NCBI GenBank assembly: GCA_963811165.1
Contig: CAWEQH010000004.1
Span: 416,001 to 480,000, forward strand
DNA from: an uncultured Nitrospiraceae bacterium
Lineage (GTDB): Bacteria; Nitrospirota; Thermodesulfovibrionia; Thermodesulfovibrionales; UBA6898
Direction of reading: 5' to 3'
DNA: 64,000 nt
In this document: positions 31,430 to 40,566 of the stretch, one piece after another
Layout: each line of letters opens with the position of its first letter
How positions within the stretch are numbered: the first letter of the stretch is position 1
Notes under the pieces: generated by a model
Told to the model about the DNA's origin: nothing
Database searches by the model: none
The model's input: the letters and a program-made list of their open reading frames with translations, nothing else
Made by a program: the position numbers and the translations under genes

Positions 31430-31513
31430 GTCATTCCGGCAGTGTTTTGAGCCGGAATCCAGTGGTTGGCTTTTTAAAGTCGCTGGATGCCGGATTAAGT
31501 CCTCCGGCATGAC
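31430..31513. repeat. GTCATTCCGG...CCGGCATGAC palindromic (REP-like) element
   Basis: Double-hairpin unit of the same family as those at 1253, 37598, 37749 and 49161. Confidence 0.75.
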
Positions 31514-31554
31514 GACCAAAAACTTTATGAACAGACTCTAAATAGAGGTCAACG

Positions 31555-34179
31555 ATGATAACGCATATAGATAAACTGACAGAGCACGGATGCGCTGTCG
31601 AAAAAAAGGACAGGGTCTGCAGATCAAGAGGTGGGGAGTCGTGCGCCTTTGACGGGGCGATGATCGTGCTTCAGCCGATCGCCGACGCCGCCCATCTTAT
31701 CCACGGTCCGATAGCCTGCTGCGGCAACTCATGGGAAGGACGCGGCTCCCTGTCTTCAAGGGGCGTCCTCCACAAAATGGGTTTTACGACCGACATGTCT
31801 GAACTGGACGTTGTCTACGGCGCGGAGGACAAGCTCAAGAGGGCCATAGAAGAGACCGCTTCCTCGGTAATGCCGAAGGCCATCTTTGTATATGCCACAT
31901 GCGTAAGCGGGCTTATCGGCGAGGACATCGATTTGGTTTGCAAGGATGCACAGAGGAAACTTGGCATCCCGGTCATCCCTGTGAATGCCCCGGGCTTTGT
32001 CGGTCCCAAGAACCTGGGAAACAGGATCGCTGGAGAGGTCCTGCTCGATCATGTGATAGGCACCGGCGAGCCTCCATTTCTGACCGATTACGACATCAAT
32101 CTTATCGGCGAATATAACATAGCCGGCGACCTCCGGCTGGTAGAGCCGGTCCTTAAAGCGGCGGGCATCAACATCCTTTCGAGGATAACGGGTGATGCTA
32201 CATTTAACGAAATCACCTATGCCCACAGGGCAAAGCTCAATGTCGTCGTCTGTAGCAGGGCCCTGATAAATGTGGCCAGGGAGATGGAAAAAAGATATGG
32301 CATTCCCTTTGTCGAGGTCTCGTTCTTCGGTAAAACCGAGATGTCGAAGGCGATTAGAATGATTGTAGGGGCGTATCGCGATACGCCCGCATACCAAAGC
32401 CTGGCAGACAAAGCCGAATCCGTCATCGAGGGGGAAGAAGGAAGACTCGATGGAAGACTGAAATCTTTCGAACACCTCAAAGGGAAAAAGGCAGTCCTCT
32501 ATACGGGCGGCGTGAAAAGCTGGTCTTTTATTTCGGCCCTCATGGATTTGGGAATAGAGATAAAGGCTGTCGGGACTAAAAAAAGCAGCGTCGAAGATGA
32601 AGAAAAGATGAAGCGGATACTCGGTGAAGACGCGCCCCTTATCGAAGACACGACACCCGGGAACCTCCTTAGGCTCTTGAGGGAGAATGAGGCCGACCTG
32701 CTTGTCGCAGGCGGAAGAAACCAGTACCTGGGAATAAAAGAGGGATATCCCTTTATAGACGTCAACCAGGAGAGGCATACTGCCTATGCGGGATATGACG
32801 GTCTTCTGAATCTGGCAAAACAGATCAGCGACGCCATGAGGTTTTATGGCCGTCAGCGGGCGGCTGCAGGCTGGCCAGGTATAGCAAAAAAAGTAAGAGA
32901 CGAAGGCCATAAGGCGAACACGGATAGCTGTCTTATCGATCCCCTGAAACATTCTCAGTCCATAGGCGCTGCAATGGCCTTTCAGGGCGTGCATAATGCG
33001 CTCCCGATAATTCACGGCGCACAGGGCTGCACGTTTCTCGGCAAGGTCCTCCTGACGAAGCATTTCAGGGAGCCTATTGCGCTTGCAGGCACAAAGCTCT
33101 TCGCTGAAGACGTGATCATGGGCAGCGACGAAAAATTATCAAAAACAATAGACGGGGTCATCTCGAAAAACAGTCCCGAGGTGATTGCGGTGCTGAGTTC
33201 GGGCCTGTCGGAAGTGCGCGGTGACGATGTCAGTGAAATCGTAAAGAAGTTCCGGCAGACGTCGGAGGCAAGAGTCCTGCACGTCCCGACACCCGATTAT
33301 GAGGGGGGGCTTGAAACGGGTTATGCAAGGGCAGTGGAGGAAATGGTGCGTCTGGCCTTTGAGTTATGTCCTTCTCACTCCGCTTCAAAAGCGAACGGCC
33401 GGATTAATGTGCTTGTGGGCTCGCATCTGACGCCTGCTGATTTTACGGAACTAAGAGAGATCATCGGGTCCTTCGGACTAAGGCCGATCATGCTTCCCGA
33501 CCTTTCGGCCTTAGATGGAAGCAGGGTGGGTATTTCCCCCATTGCAAAGGGCGGCACTTCGAAAGAGGAGATCGCGCTTCTGGCGTCCTCGGAATTTACC
33601 ATTGCTATCGGGGCCAGTATGGAAGGTCCCGCAAAGCTCATAAAAGAGAAATTCAATATCGAATACAGGGTTTTCGAAAGTCTTACCGGACTCAGGGACA
33701 CGGATGTGTTTATGAAAACGATTTCCTTACTGGGCGGAAAGCCCATGGCCCCTAAATACGAAAGACAGAGAAGGGTCCTAGCAGACGGAATGAGGGACGC
33801 CCATTTCTATTTCGGGGGCAAGCGCATAGGCATCGCCCTGGAGCCGGACCTTGCGCTTCAGACATCGGCATGGCTCGATGAAATGGGGGCGAAGATAAAA
33901 ATTGTGGTGCTGCCGCAGTCTTCGAAGGCCGCCGATAAGATCCCGGCTGAAGATGTGGTTATAGGAGGACTCTCCGGGATTAAAGGCGGGCTGGACGTCC
34001 TGATCTCAAACTCGCATGCCGAAGACGCGGCAGGCAGGCTCGGCGTGCCGCTTTATCAGACTGGGTTTCCCGTCTATAAAGTCATCGGCAATACCGCAAA
34101 GGTGACCATAGGGTATGGCGGCACGCATGCCGTCATTAATGAAGTTGCTAACCTTCTTATCAGGGGAGGACATTCATGA
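31555..34179 (+). CDS. nifEN: Fused FeMo-cofactor scaffold NifE-NifN
   Basis: NifE motifs (CAFDGA, HGPIAC, YTGGVKSWS) continue in frame into NifN motifs (PLKHSQ, HGAQGC). Confidence 0.93.
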   Translation: MITHIDKLTEHGCAVEKKDRVCRSRGGESCAFDGAMIVLQPIADAAHLIHGPIACCGNSWEGRGSLSSRGVLHKMGFTTDMSELDVVYGAEDKLKRAIEETASSVMPKAIFVYATCVSGLIGEDIDLVCKDAQRKLGIPVIPVNAPGFVGPKNLGNRIAGEVLLDHVIGTGEPPFLTDYDINLIGEYNIAGDLRLVEPVLKAAGINILSRITGDATFNEITYAHRAKLNVVVCSRALINVAREMEKRYGIPFVEVSFFGKTEMSKAIRMIVGAYRDTPAYQSLADKAESVIEGEEGRLDGRLKSFEHLKGKKAVLYTGGVKSWSFISALMDLGIEIKAVGTKKSSVEDEEKMKRILGEDAPLIEDTTPGNLLRLLRENEADLLVAGGRNQYLGIKEGYPFIDVNQERHTAYAGYDGLLNLAKQISDAMRFYGRQRAAAGWPGIAKKVRDEGHKANTDSCLIDPLKHSQSIGAAMAFQGVHNALPIIHGAQGCTFLGKVLLTKHFREPIALAGTKLFAEDVIMGSDEKLSKTIDGVISKNSPEVIAVLSSGLSEVRGDDVSEIVKKFRQTSEARVLHVPTPDYEGGLETGYARAVEEMVRLAFELCPSHSASKANGRINVLVGSHLTPADFTELREIIGSFGLRPIMLPDLSALDGSRVGISPIAKGGTSKEEIALLASSEFTIAIGASMEGPAKLIKEKFNIEYRVFESLTGLRDTDVFMKTISLLGGKPMAPKYERQRRVLADGMRDAHFYFGGKRIGIALEPDLALQTSAWLDEMGAKIKIVVLPQSSKAADKIPAEDVVIGGLSGIKGGLDVLISNSHAEDAAGRLGVPLYQTGFPVYKVIGNTAKVTIGYGGTHAVINEVANLLIRGGHS

Positions 34180-35333
34180 TAAATCTCAAACGCAGTATAA
34201 GTCATTTGATGTGGGACATCTCAGGGGCCTTCGGCGATATAGGCGTCATGCTTCCGATTGCGCTGGTCCTGATCGGTAAAAACGGGTTCAACCCCACGGC
34301 GCTTTTCCTGAGTGCCGGACTTTTCTATATACTGGCCGCCTATTATTTTAAGGTCACCATGCCGGTTCAGCCGCTTAAGGCGATGTCTGCAATAGCGATC
34401 ACGGCCGGTCTCGGTCCGGACGTCATCAATGCGGCAGGGATAATGATCGGAGTCGTCTTTCTCCTTATCGCTTTCACGGGGCTGGGAAAAAGACTCGGAG
34501 GTTTCTTTCCTGTGCCGGTGGTCCGTGGGATACAGTTAGGACTGGGGCTCATGCTTATAAAAACTTCGGCGGGTCTTCTGAGTGCCGATTATATTACTGC
34601 TGCCGTGGCCTGTACAATCCTCATCCTGAGTCTGTCTTTTGCCAGGAGGGTCCCGCCTCTTATCCCGATTATGATATTCGGGACGGTCATGGCCGTGCTC
34701 AATGCCAAGGCAGCGTCTTTCGGGCCGGTCGGGCTTAAGGTATCGCTGCCGGAAGGGCATAATTTATGGATAGGGCTTACCGTACTGGTATTTCCGCAGC
34801 TGGCCCTGTCTTTTGGAAATGCGATCGTCGCTGCTGAGGCCACAGGGAAAATGCTTTACGGGGAAAGGGCGAGACGCCTGACGCTAAAGAGCATACCGTT
34901 AAGTATGGGAATAGCCAATGTTATCTCAGGCATCATTGGAGGCGTCCCGATGTGTCACGGCTCAGGCGGGTTTACCGCGCATGCTAAGTTCGGGGCGAAA
35001 AGGGAGACCTCTGGCTATATAATCGGGCTGGTGCTCATCGCAATCGCCCTTGTCCTGGGCAGATCCGGGCCTGCGGTTCTGTCGGTATTCCCCCTCGGTA
35101 TCCTGGGGGTGCTCCTTTGCTATGTCGGCATACAGCATGCATTTTACGTAAAGGACATCAGAGGCGATAAAAAGGCATTGGCGGTGGCCCTTTCGGTCGC
35201 CGCAATCAGTCTTCTTACGAACAACCTGACCACGGGCTTCATGGCAGGCATAGGACTCTACTATTGCCTTAGCTGGAGGCCGGGCGGCATAGGGCGTGCG
35301 GTGAAACAAACCTCGAGTGAGGCACGTTTATGA
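34176..35333 (+). CDS. MOT1-family (MFS_MOT1) putative molybdate transporter
   Basis: SGAFGDIG, PVQPLKA, VVRGIQLGLG and PMCHGSGG...FGA motifs. Overlaps the nifEN stop. Confidence 0.85.
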   Translation: MINLKRSISHLMWDISGAFGDIGVMLPIALVLIGKNGFNPTALFLSAGLFYILAAYYFKVTMPVQPLKAMSAIAITAGLGPDVINAAGIMIGVVFLLIAFTGLGKRLGGFFPVPVVRGIQLGLGLMLIKTSAGLLSADYITAAVACTILILSLSFARRVPPLIPIMIFGTVMAVLNAKAASFGPVGLKVSLPEGHNLWIGLTVLVFPQLALSFGNAIVAAEATGKMLYGERARRLTLKSIPLSMGIANVISGIIGGVPMCHGSGGFTAHAKFGAKRETSGYIIGLVLIAIALVLGRSGPAVLSVFPLGILGVLLCYVGIQHAFYVKDIRGDKKALAVALSVAAISLLTNNLTTGFMAGIGLYYCLSWRPGGIGRAVKQTSSEARL

Positions 35334-35390
35334 AAAGTGTAAGACCCTGTCATTCGTCAGTGTCTGACGGGTAAGGAAAGGAGGTTCAAA

Positions 35391-35798
35391 GTGATAAAAA
35401 TTGCATTTGCAACAACTGACGGCGTAGAGGTGAATGAACACTTCGGGAGGGCCGGGGCATTCGCGATCTACGATCTGACGACGGACGGCTTTGCCTTCAG
35501 GGAGATGAGGAAGTTTGCCGAAGGACGCGACACTAATATCGAGGAGACAAAGGGAGCTGGCGCTCTGCACGATGACCTTGTTGAGAAAAAAGTCAAAAGG
35601 CTTTCTGACTGCAAGATAGTCTACCTCACTGAAATCGGCGGCCCTTCTGCGTCACGCCTCATAAGAAGAGGCATAATGCCGATAAAGGTCAAGAGCGTTG
35701 TCACCATAAAAGAATCGCTCGAAAAGTTACTTGAGATGATCAGGACCTCTCCGCCGCCATGGCTGAGGAAGGAACTGAAAATCAAGGATGAAGAATAA
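35391..35798 (+). CDS. nifX: NifX FeMo-co binding protein
   Basis: KIAFAT...VNEHFG...EIGGP...PPPWLRK. Confidence 0.9.
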   Translation: MIKIAFATTDGVEVNEHFGRAGAFAIYDLTTDGFAFREMRKFAEGRDTNIEETKGAGALHDDLVEKKVKRLSDCKIVYLTEIGGPSASRLIRRGIMPIKVKSVVTIKESLEKLLEMIRTSPPPWLRKELKIKDEE

Positions 35799-35870
35799 CC
35801 AAAAGACGCGGCGATCGTGGTCTTTTGTATCACCGATTGATACTATACAAACCATTGAGGAGGAAACAAG

Positions 35871-36188
35871 ATGAAGATGATAAGGGCGTTCATAAGGCCG
35901 GAAAAGGAACAGGAAGTGGTATTGGCTCTTGAGGGGGCGGGCTTTCCGTCTCTGACGAAGATGCCGGTATTCGGCAGGGGAAAACAGAAGGGACTTCAGG
36001 TCGGTCCCGTGCATTATGATGAATTACCGAAGACGCTCGTGATGATGGTGGTTCATGACGCCGAGGTGGACAAGGTCGTCGGCCTTATCTCAGGGAAGGC
36101 GCGGACCGGTTTTATCGGCGACGGAAAGATATTCGTCAGCCCAGTGGAATCTTCTTACACCGTAAGGACTGGAGAGGCGGTTTTATGA
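35871..36188 (+). CDS. nifI1: PII-like nitrogenase regulator NifI1
   Basis: GRGKQKG...YDELPK...GDGKIFV...RTGE, 105 aa. Confidence 0.88.
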   Translation: MKMIRAFIRPEKEQEVVLALEGAGFPSLTKMPVFGRGKQKGLQVGPVHYDELPKTLVMMVVHDAEVDKVVGLISGKARTGFIGDGKIFVSPVESSYTVRTGEAVL

Positions 36189-36601
36189 AAGAGATCACGG
36201 CAATTATCAGGAGGGACAAACTCCCCGAGACTAAAAAGGTCCTTGAAGACCTGGGTTATCCGTCACTGACGATTCAGAGCGTCGACGGCAGAGGCAGACA
36301 AAGAGGGGCCATGTGCGCCGAGATGGACTCGGAGATGCCTGAAAGTTATTGTACGGCGGTCAAGCTTAAACCGACGCCTTCGGCGTATGCACTGGAGCAT
36401 ACACTTCCGAAGGTCGCCCTCTTTGTGCCCAAAAGGTTGCTCACTGTCGTTGTCCCCGATGACGTGGTGACCAAGATCGTTAAGTCGATCATCAAGGTCA
36501 ATCAGACCGGAAGAAACGGTGACGGGAAGATTTTCGTCGCCCCGATCGAAAGTGCGGTAAGGGTGAGGACCGGGGAAAAAGGCGGCGAGGCTATTGCGTA
36601 A
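36185..36601 (+). CDS. nifI2: PII-like nitrogenase regulator NifI2
   Basis: MKEITAIIR, GRGRQ, PKRLL and NQTG..GDGKIFV motifs; long T-loop. Confidence 0.88.
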   Translation: MKEITAIIRRDKLPETKKVLEDLGYPSLTIQSVDGRGRQRGAMCAEMDSEMPESYCTAVKLKPTPSAYALEHTLPKVALFVPKRLLTVVVPDDVVTKIVKSIIKVNQTGRNGDGKIFVAPIESAVRVRTGEKGGEAIA

Positions 36602-36711
36602 GAAACGGCAGACAAAGGGTAAGGTTCAGGTTCAGGAAGAAGGAAATACGTTAGACCATGCGTGCTTATCCTTAATCTCAGCCTTAGCCTGTCTTTATCA
36701 AAGGAGGAACT

Positions 36712-36987
36712 ATGCCTATTATCGGATATACGCGGGGCGGAACCGAATGGACGCCTAAGTTTATTGAATCGATCGATGTCGAAAAATGTATCGGCTGCGG
36801 ACGCTGTTTTAAGGTCTGCAGCCGGGACGTCCTCGAGCTTATCGAAAAACCCTTTGAGGGGGAGGACGAATACGGCGATGACATGGGAAACAAGGTGATG
36901 TCGGTCTCGCATCCCGAAAATTGCATCGGTTGCGAGGCCTGCTCAAAGACGTGCACCAAGAAGTGCCATGTGCACGTGGAAACATAA
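36712..36987 (+). CDS. fdxB: nif-specific ferredoxin III (2x[4Fe-4S])
   Basis: WTPKF...CIGCGRCFKVC...CIGCEAC. Confidence 0.9.
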   Translation: MPIIGYTRGGTEWTPKFIESIDVEKCIGCGRCFKVCSRDVLELIEKPFEGEDEYGDDMGNKVMSVSHPENCIGCEACSKTCTKKCHVHVET

Positions 36988-37099
36988 ACCTATTTCTTCA
37001 TCCTCCCCTTACCTCAAGGGGAGGGCGGGGGAGTTACTTCGGCCAACTGCATCCCCGCGCACATATTTGTGTCTGATGGGGGAATATGGGAGCACGGTG

Positions 37100-37552
37100 A
37101 TGAACTTTACTATTAGGCCCGCGAGGGCCTCTGACATACCCGGGATGTGCGATCTCCTGGCCGAGCTTTTTTCGATAGAGTCGGATTTCTGCGCCGACCG
37201 AAAGAGGCAGTCCCGCGGGCTCGAACTTTTGCTTTGTGACACATCCGGCGCATCAATCGTTTTTGTTGCGGAGAAAGGCGATGAAATCGCCGGCATGTGC
37301 TCGGTACAGATATTGATTTCGACGGCGGAAGGAGGGCCCGTCGGCCTGCTTGAAGACCTGGTCGTCAAGAGCAAATACAGGGGCAATGGCATCGGAACAA
37401 GACTTCTTTCCGAAATCGTCGGCTGGTCTGCAAAGAAGAATTTGTCCAGACTCCAGTTGCTAAGGGACACGGACAATATCGGGGCCCTGAAATTCTATGC
37501 CGGCAACGACTGGAACGATACAAAGCTTATCTGCATGAGAAGACATCTCTAG
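37100..37552 (+). CDS. GNAT-family acetyltransferase
   Basis: STAEGG, EDLVV...RGNGIG and ALKFY motifs. Confidence 0.85.
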   Translation: MNFTIRPARASDIPGMCDLLAELFSIESDFCADRKRQSRGLELLLCDTSGASIVFVAEKGDEIAGMCSVQILISTAEGGPVGLLEDLVVKSKYRGNGIGTRLLSEIVGWSAKKNLSRLQLLRDTDNIGALKFYAGNDWNDTKLICMRRHL

Positions 37553-37597
37553 AGGTTTTACTAATAGGATCGAAAGTAAAGCTACATCGCTTATTTT

Positions 37598-37822
37598 GTC
37601 ATTCCGGCTTGTCCGGAATCGTTCTTGGGTCCCCTGCATGGAGGTGTGCAGGGGTGGGTTTGTTTCAGAAGGATTCCCGGCGCGCTTCGCTTGCGGGAAT
37701 CGACATGAGCTGTTGGCTCGCAAAGGAGTATGAAAATGACCCATGTCCGTCATACCGGTGAAAGCCGGTATCCAGTGACGTTGCCTTAAAGTCGCTGGAT
37801 TCCGGGTCAAGCCCGGAATGAC
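37598..37822. repeat. Two tandem GTCAT...ATGAC palindromic elements
   Basis: 37598-37704 has ends near-identical to 1253-1380. 37749-37822 is similar to 31430-31513. Confidence 0.75.
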
Positions 37823-37917
37823 GACTCTTGGACGCCATTTTCGGGTCGATGACAAAAGGAGAGATTTTATTTTGTGAATGCCTTAGTCCCTTAGACTTGC
37901 CGCAGCCGCAAAGACCA

Positions 37918-37927
37918 ACAATATTGT
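37918..37927. promoter_or_regulatory. Candidate upstream activator site ACAATATTGT (nifB)
   Basis: Same palindrome and same 87-bp spacing as at nifH. Confidence 0.55.
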
Positions 37928-38004
37928 AGGAAATCTCACTAAATTGAATGGCTGCCAATACCGTTTCCAAAGAATATTCCCTGTGTTTCGGCCTCTCTTT
38001 GTCC

Positions 38005-38020
38005 TGGCAGAACTATTGCT
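38005..38020 (+). promoter_or_regulatory. sigma54 promoter of nifB
   Basis: TGGCAGAACTATTGCT, GG-N10-GC. Confidence 0.8.
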
Positions 38021-38054
38021 AAACAAAGTGGCATACGAATGGAAGGAGAGGACA

Positions 38055-38948
38055 ATGAACAAGATAAAGGCGTTCCATGGAAGCGATATCAAAAATACAC
38101 ATCCATGTTTTTCAAAAGAGGCACATCATAAGTTCGGCAGGGTGCACCTTCCCGTCGCTCCTGCATGCAACATCCAGTGCAGGTATTGCATACGTAAATA
38201 TGATTGCGCCAATGAATCGAGACCGGGCATAACGAGCAATGTATTGACCCCTTCGGAGGCCCTCGAAAGGGTGAGCGCAATCGTCGGGCGCAATGACCGG
38301 ATCAGTGTCATCGGGGTGGCGGGTCCCGGGGACCCCCTGGCCAATGACATGACGTTTGAGGCCATGAGTTCCATAAACCGTGAATTCCCGGAGCTGACCC
38401 TCTGTCTCTCGACAAACGGCCTGCTTCTTACGGAGCGGCTCGAAGACATAATAAGATCGGGCGTCAGGAGTCTCACGATCACGATGAATGCCGTTACAAC
38501 GGAAACCGCGGAAAAGATCTATTCGCGGGTCTCATACAGGGGCCGGCAATATACCGGCAGGGAGGCCGCCGAAATTCTCGTCGCCAATCAGTCGCGGGGC
38601 CTTAGAAACGCGGTGGATGCGGGACTTATGGTAAAGGTCAACACGGTCTACATCCCCGGGGTCAATGACGTTGAAATTCCACTGATCGCCTGGCAAGCCG
38701 GCGAGCGGGGAGCAGATATCATGAACATCATGCCCCTTATCCCGCAGGCGGAATTCGAAGGGTTCAGCAGGCCGTCTCAGGAGATGATAAAAAGTATGCG
38801 CAGTGAATGCGGGAAATTCATCTCCCAGATGACCCATTGCAGACAGTGCAGGGCGGATGCTTTCGGTATCTTGGGCGAGGACAAGGACATGGAACTCGAG
38901 GTATTAAACTCAAGGATCGGCGAGGACTACTGCGACATGGTCGTCTGA
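38055..38948 (+). CDS. nifB: NifB radical SAM protein (short form without NifX-like domain)
   Basis: HPC, CNIQCRYC, ESRPG, AGPGDPL, TITMN and CRQCRADAFG motifs. Confidence 0.93.
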   Translation: MNKIKAFHGSDIKNTHPCFSKEAHHKFGRVHLPVAPACNIQCRYCIRKYDCANESRPGITSNVLTPSEALERVSAIVGRNDRISVIGVAGPGDPLANDMTFEAMSSINREFPELTLCLSTNGLLLTERLEDIIRSGVRSLTITMNAVTTETAEKIYSRVSYRGRQYTGREAAEILVANQSRGLRNAVDAGLMVKVNTVYIPGVNDVEIPLIAWQAGERGADIMNIMPLIPQAEFEGFSRPSQEMIKSMRSECGKFISQMTHCRQCRADAFGILGEDKDMELEVLNSRIGEDYCDMVV

Positions 38949-39154
38949 GCAGGATTAATTTATGCGGGCATCGCATGGGACTGTATTTTCGCTCATTCTC
39001 GTCCCTGCGGGACTCCGAGGCAATTTCTCGACTCGCACAGGCGAGTCACTACGAGAAATTGAAGCCGCTCAAATTCAATCCCATACGTTATTGTGATCAA
39101 GGTCAGGGATAGGAATAAAATGGCCTTTGGATATGAAGAGGAGGTTGTAAGGTC

Positions 39155-39958
39155 ATGACAAAAGGATCGGCGCTCGAACTGCCGGATGCGTTACTAAGCG
39201 AAAGGGAGCTTGAAAGGTATAAAAGACAGTTGCTGCTTGGCGGTTTTACTATGGACCATCAGCGGAAGCTCAGGAATGCCTCGGCCCTTATCGCAGGGAT
39301 CGGCGGGCTGGGAGGCACAGCAGCGGTCTACCTAGCAGTGGCGGGCATAGGGAAAATGGTGCTGGCGCATTACGGCAACCTCACTCTTTCTAATATGAAC
39401 CGGCAGATATTGATGAAGAATGACCTGATCGGAGGCAGCAGGGTGGACCAGGCGAAGAAGACCCTGACTGATATCAATCCGGACGTGGAGATCGAGATTT
39501 ATAATGAGAGGACGACCGAAGACAACGTCGACTCGCTTCTTTCGAAGACCGATATCGCGCTTTCTGCGCGGCCCAACTTCGATGAGAGGCGGACCCTCAA
39601 TAACGCCTGCATAAGGAAAAACATCCCGATGGTGGAGGCGGCAATGAACGGGATGGAGGGATATATCTTTAACGTCGTTCCCGGCAAGACCCCCTGCCTG
39701 TCCTGTATATATCCGGAAAGCGACCCCGGATGGAAAGAGCTCGGGTTCCCTGTCTTAGGCGCGGTATCGGGAATGCTCGGCTGTATGATGGCGATCGAAA
39801 CGATCAAGCTCCTGACCGGTTTCGGGAAACCGCTTCTTTCTAAAATGCTCGTATTTAACACTATAGACCATGGAGTTCAGAAAGCTCCGCATAAGGAGAG
39901 ACGACAGCTGCAGTGTCTGTGGAACAAGGTGGGGAGGATGAAGCGGGTTTATTTTTAG
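39155..39958 (+). CDS. HesA/MoeB/ThiF-family adenylyltransferase (likely indel near the 3' end)
   Basis: RYKRQ, GIGGLG, SNMNRQ and PCLSC motifs. The alternative frame gives the expected ...RRDDSCSVCG, ending at 39941. Confidence 0.88.
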   Translation: MTKGSALELPDALLSERELERYKRQLLLGGFTMDHQRKLRNASALIAGIGGLGGTAAVYLAVAGIGKMVLAHYGNLTLSNMNRQILMKNDLIGGSRVDQAKKTLTDINPDVEIEIYNERTTEDNVDSLLSKTDIALSARPNFDERRTLNNACIRKNIPMVEAAMNGMEGYIFNVVPGKTPCLSCIYPESDPGWKELGFPVLGAVSGMLGCMMAIETIKLLTGFGKPLLSKMLVFNTIDHGVQKAPHKERRQLQCLWNKVGRMKRVYF

Positions 39959-39998
39959 ACATGCCATAAGCATGAAAACTGAGACTCGAAGAGGGCGC

Positions 39999-40253
39999 CT
40001 ACTTGCGCTTGCCCGCCCGACCCTTGTGCAGGAAATCGTATCCATTGCCCGTAAGAACCAAGCCGGTGTTCCCCTCCGCCAGATATCCCTTGTCTATCAG
40101 TTCTTCCACCGCAATATGGAAATTGTCCTGGTGTTCCCTGTTCCATCTTATTTTTGTCGATATAAGTGCCTTCATGGTCAAATGCTCATCGGCGAGGATT
40201 CTGCAATCCAGATATAAATCCAGCAGCAACTTTGCGGTGGGGGACACCTGCAT
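39999..40253 (-). CDS. Small hypothetical protein, winged-helix-like
   Basis: ELIDKGYL...LTGNGYDFL pattern; SD-like AGGAAGG upstream. Confidence 0.55.
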   Translation of the reverse strand: MQVSPTAKLLLDLYLDCRILADEHLTMKALISTKIRWNREHQDNFHIAVEELIDKGYLAEGNTGLVLTGNGYDFLHKGRAGKRK

Positions 40254-40566
40254 CAAGGCCTTCCTTTTTTTGCGGGTAAATACTTTGGTTATGCCTATCC
40301 GCCCTATACAAATATATGTATATCGATTTAGACGTAATGTCAATCAAGGACGTATTGGCAGGCTATACTACCATCCTCGGCCTCTGTCGCAATCCTAAAT
40401 TTTCGAAGGGGGCTGGCTGGTATCTATCGCGTAAGACACCGAAGGGATGTGTACCGATAAAGAGGGTTCAGTATCGTATTGAAATAAGAGAATAATATTT
40501 TGTAAGATATTGCGTTTCTTATATAATGATACTGTGTGTGAATAAGGGTTTTTAATACGGAGGTAG

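Noticed and set aside
31756..33063. 435-aa minus-strand ORF
   Set aside because: Antisense to nifEN, with no recognisable motifs.
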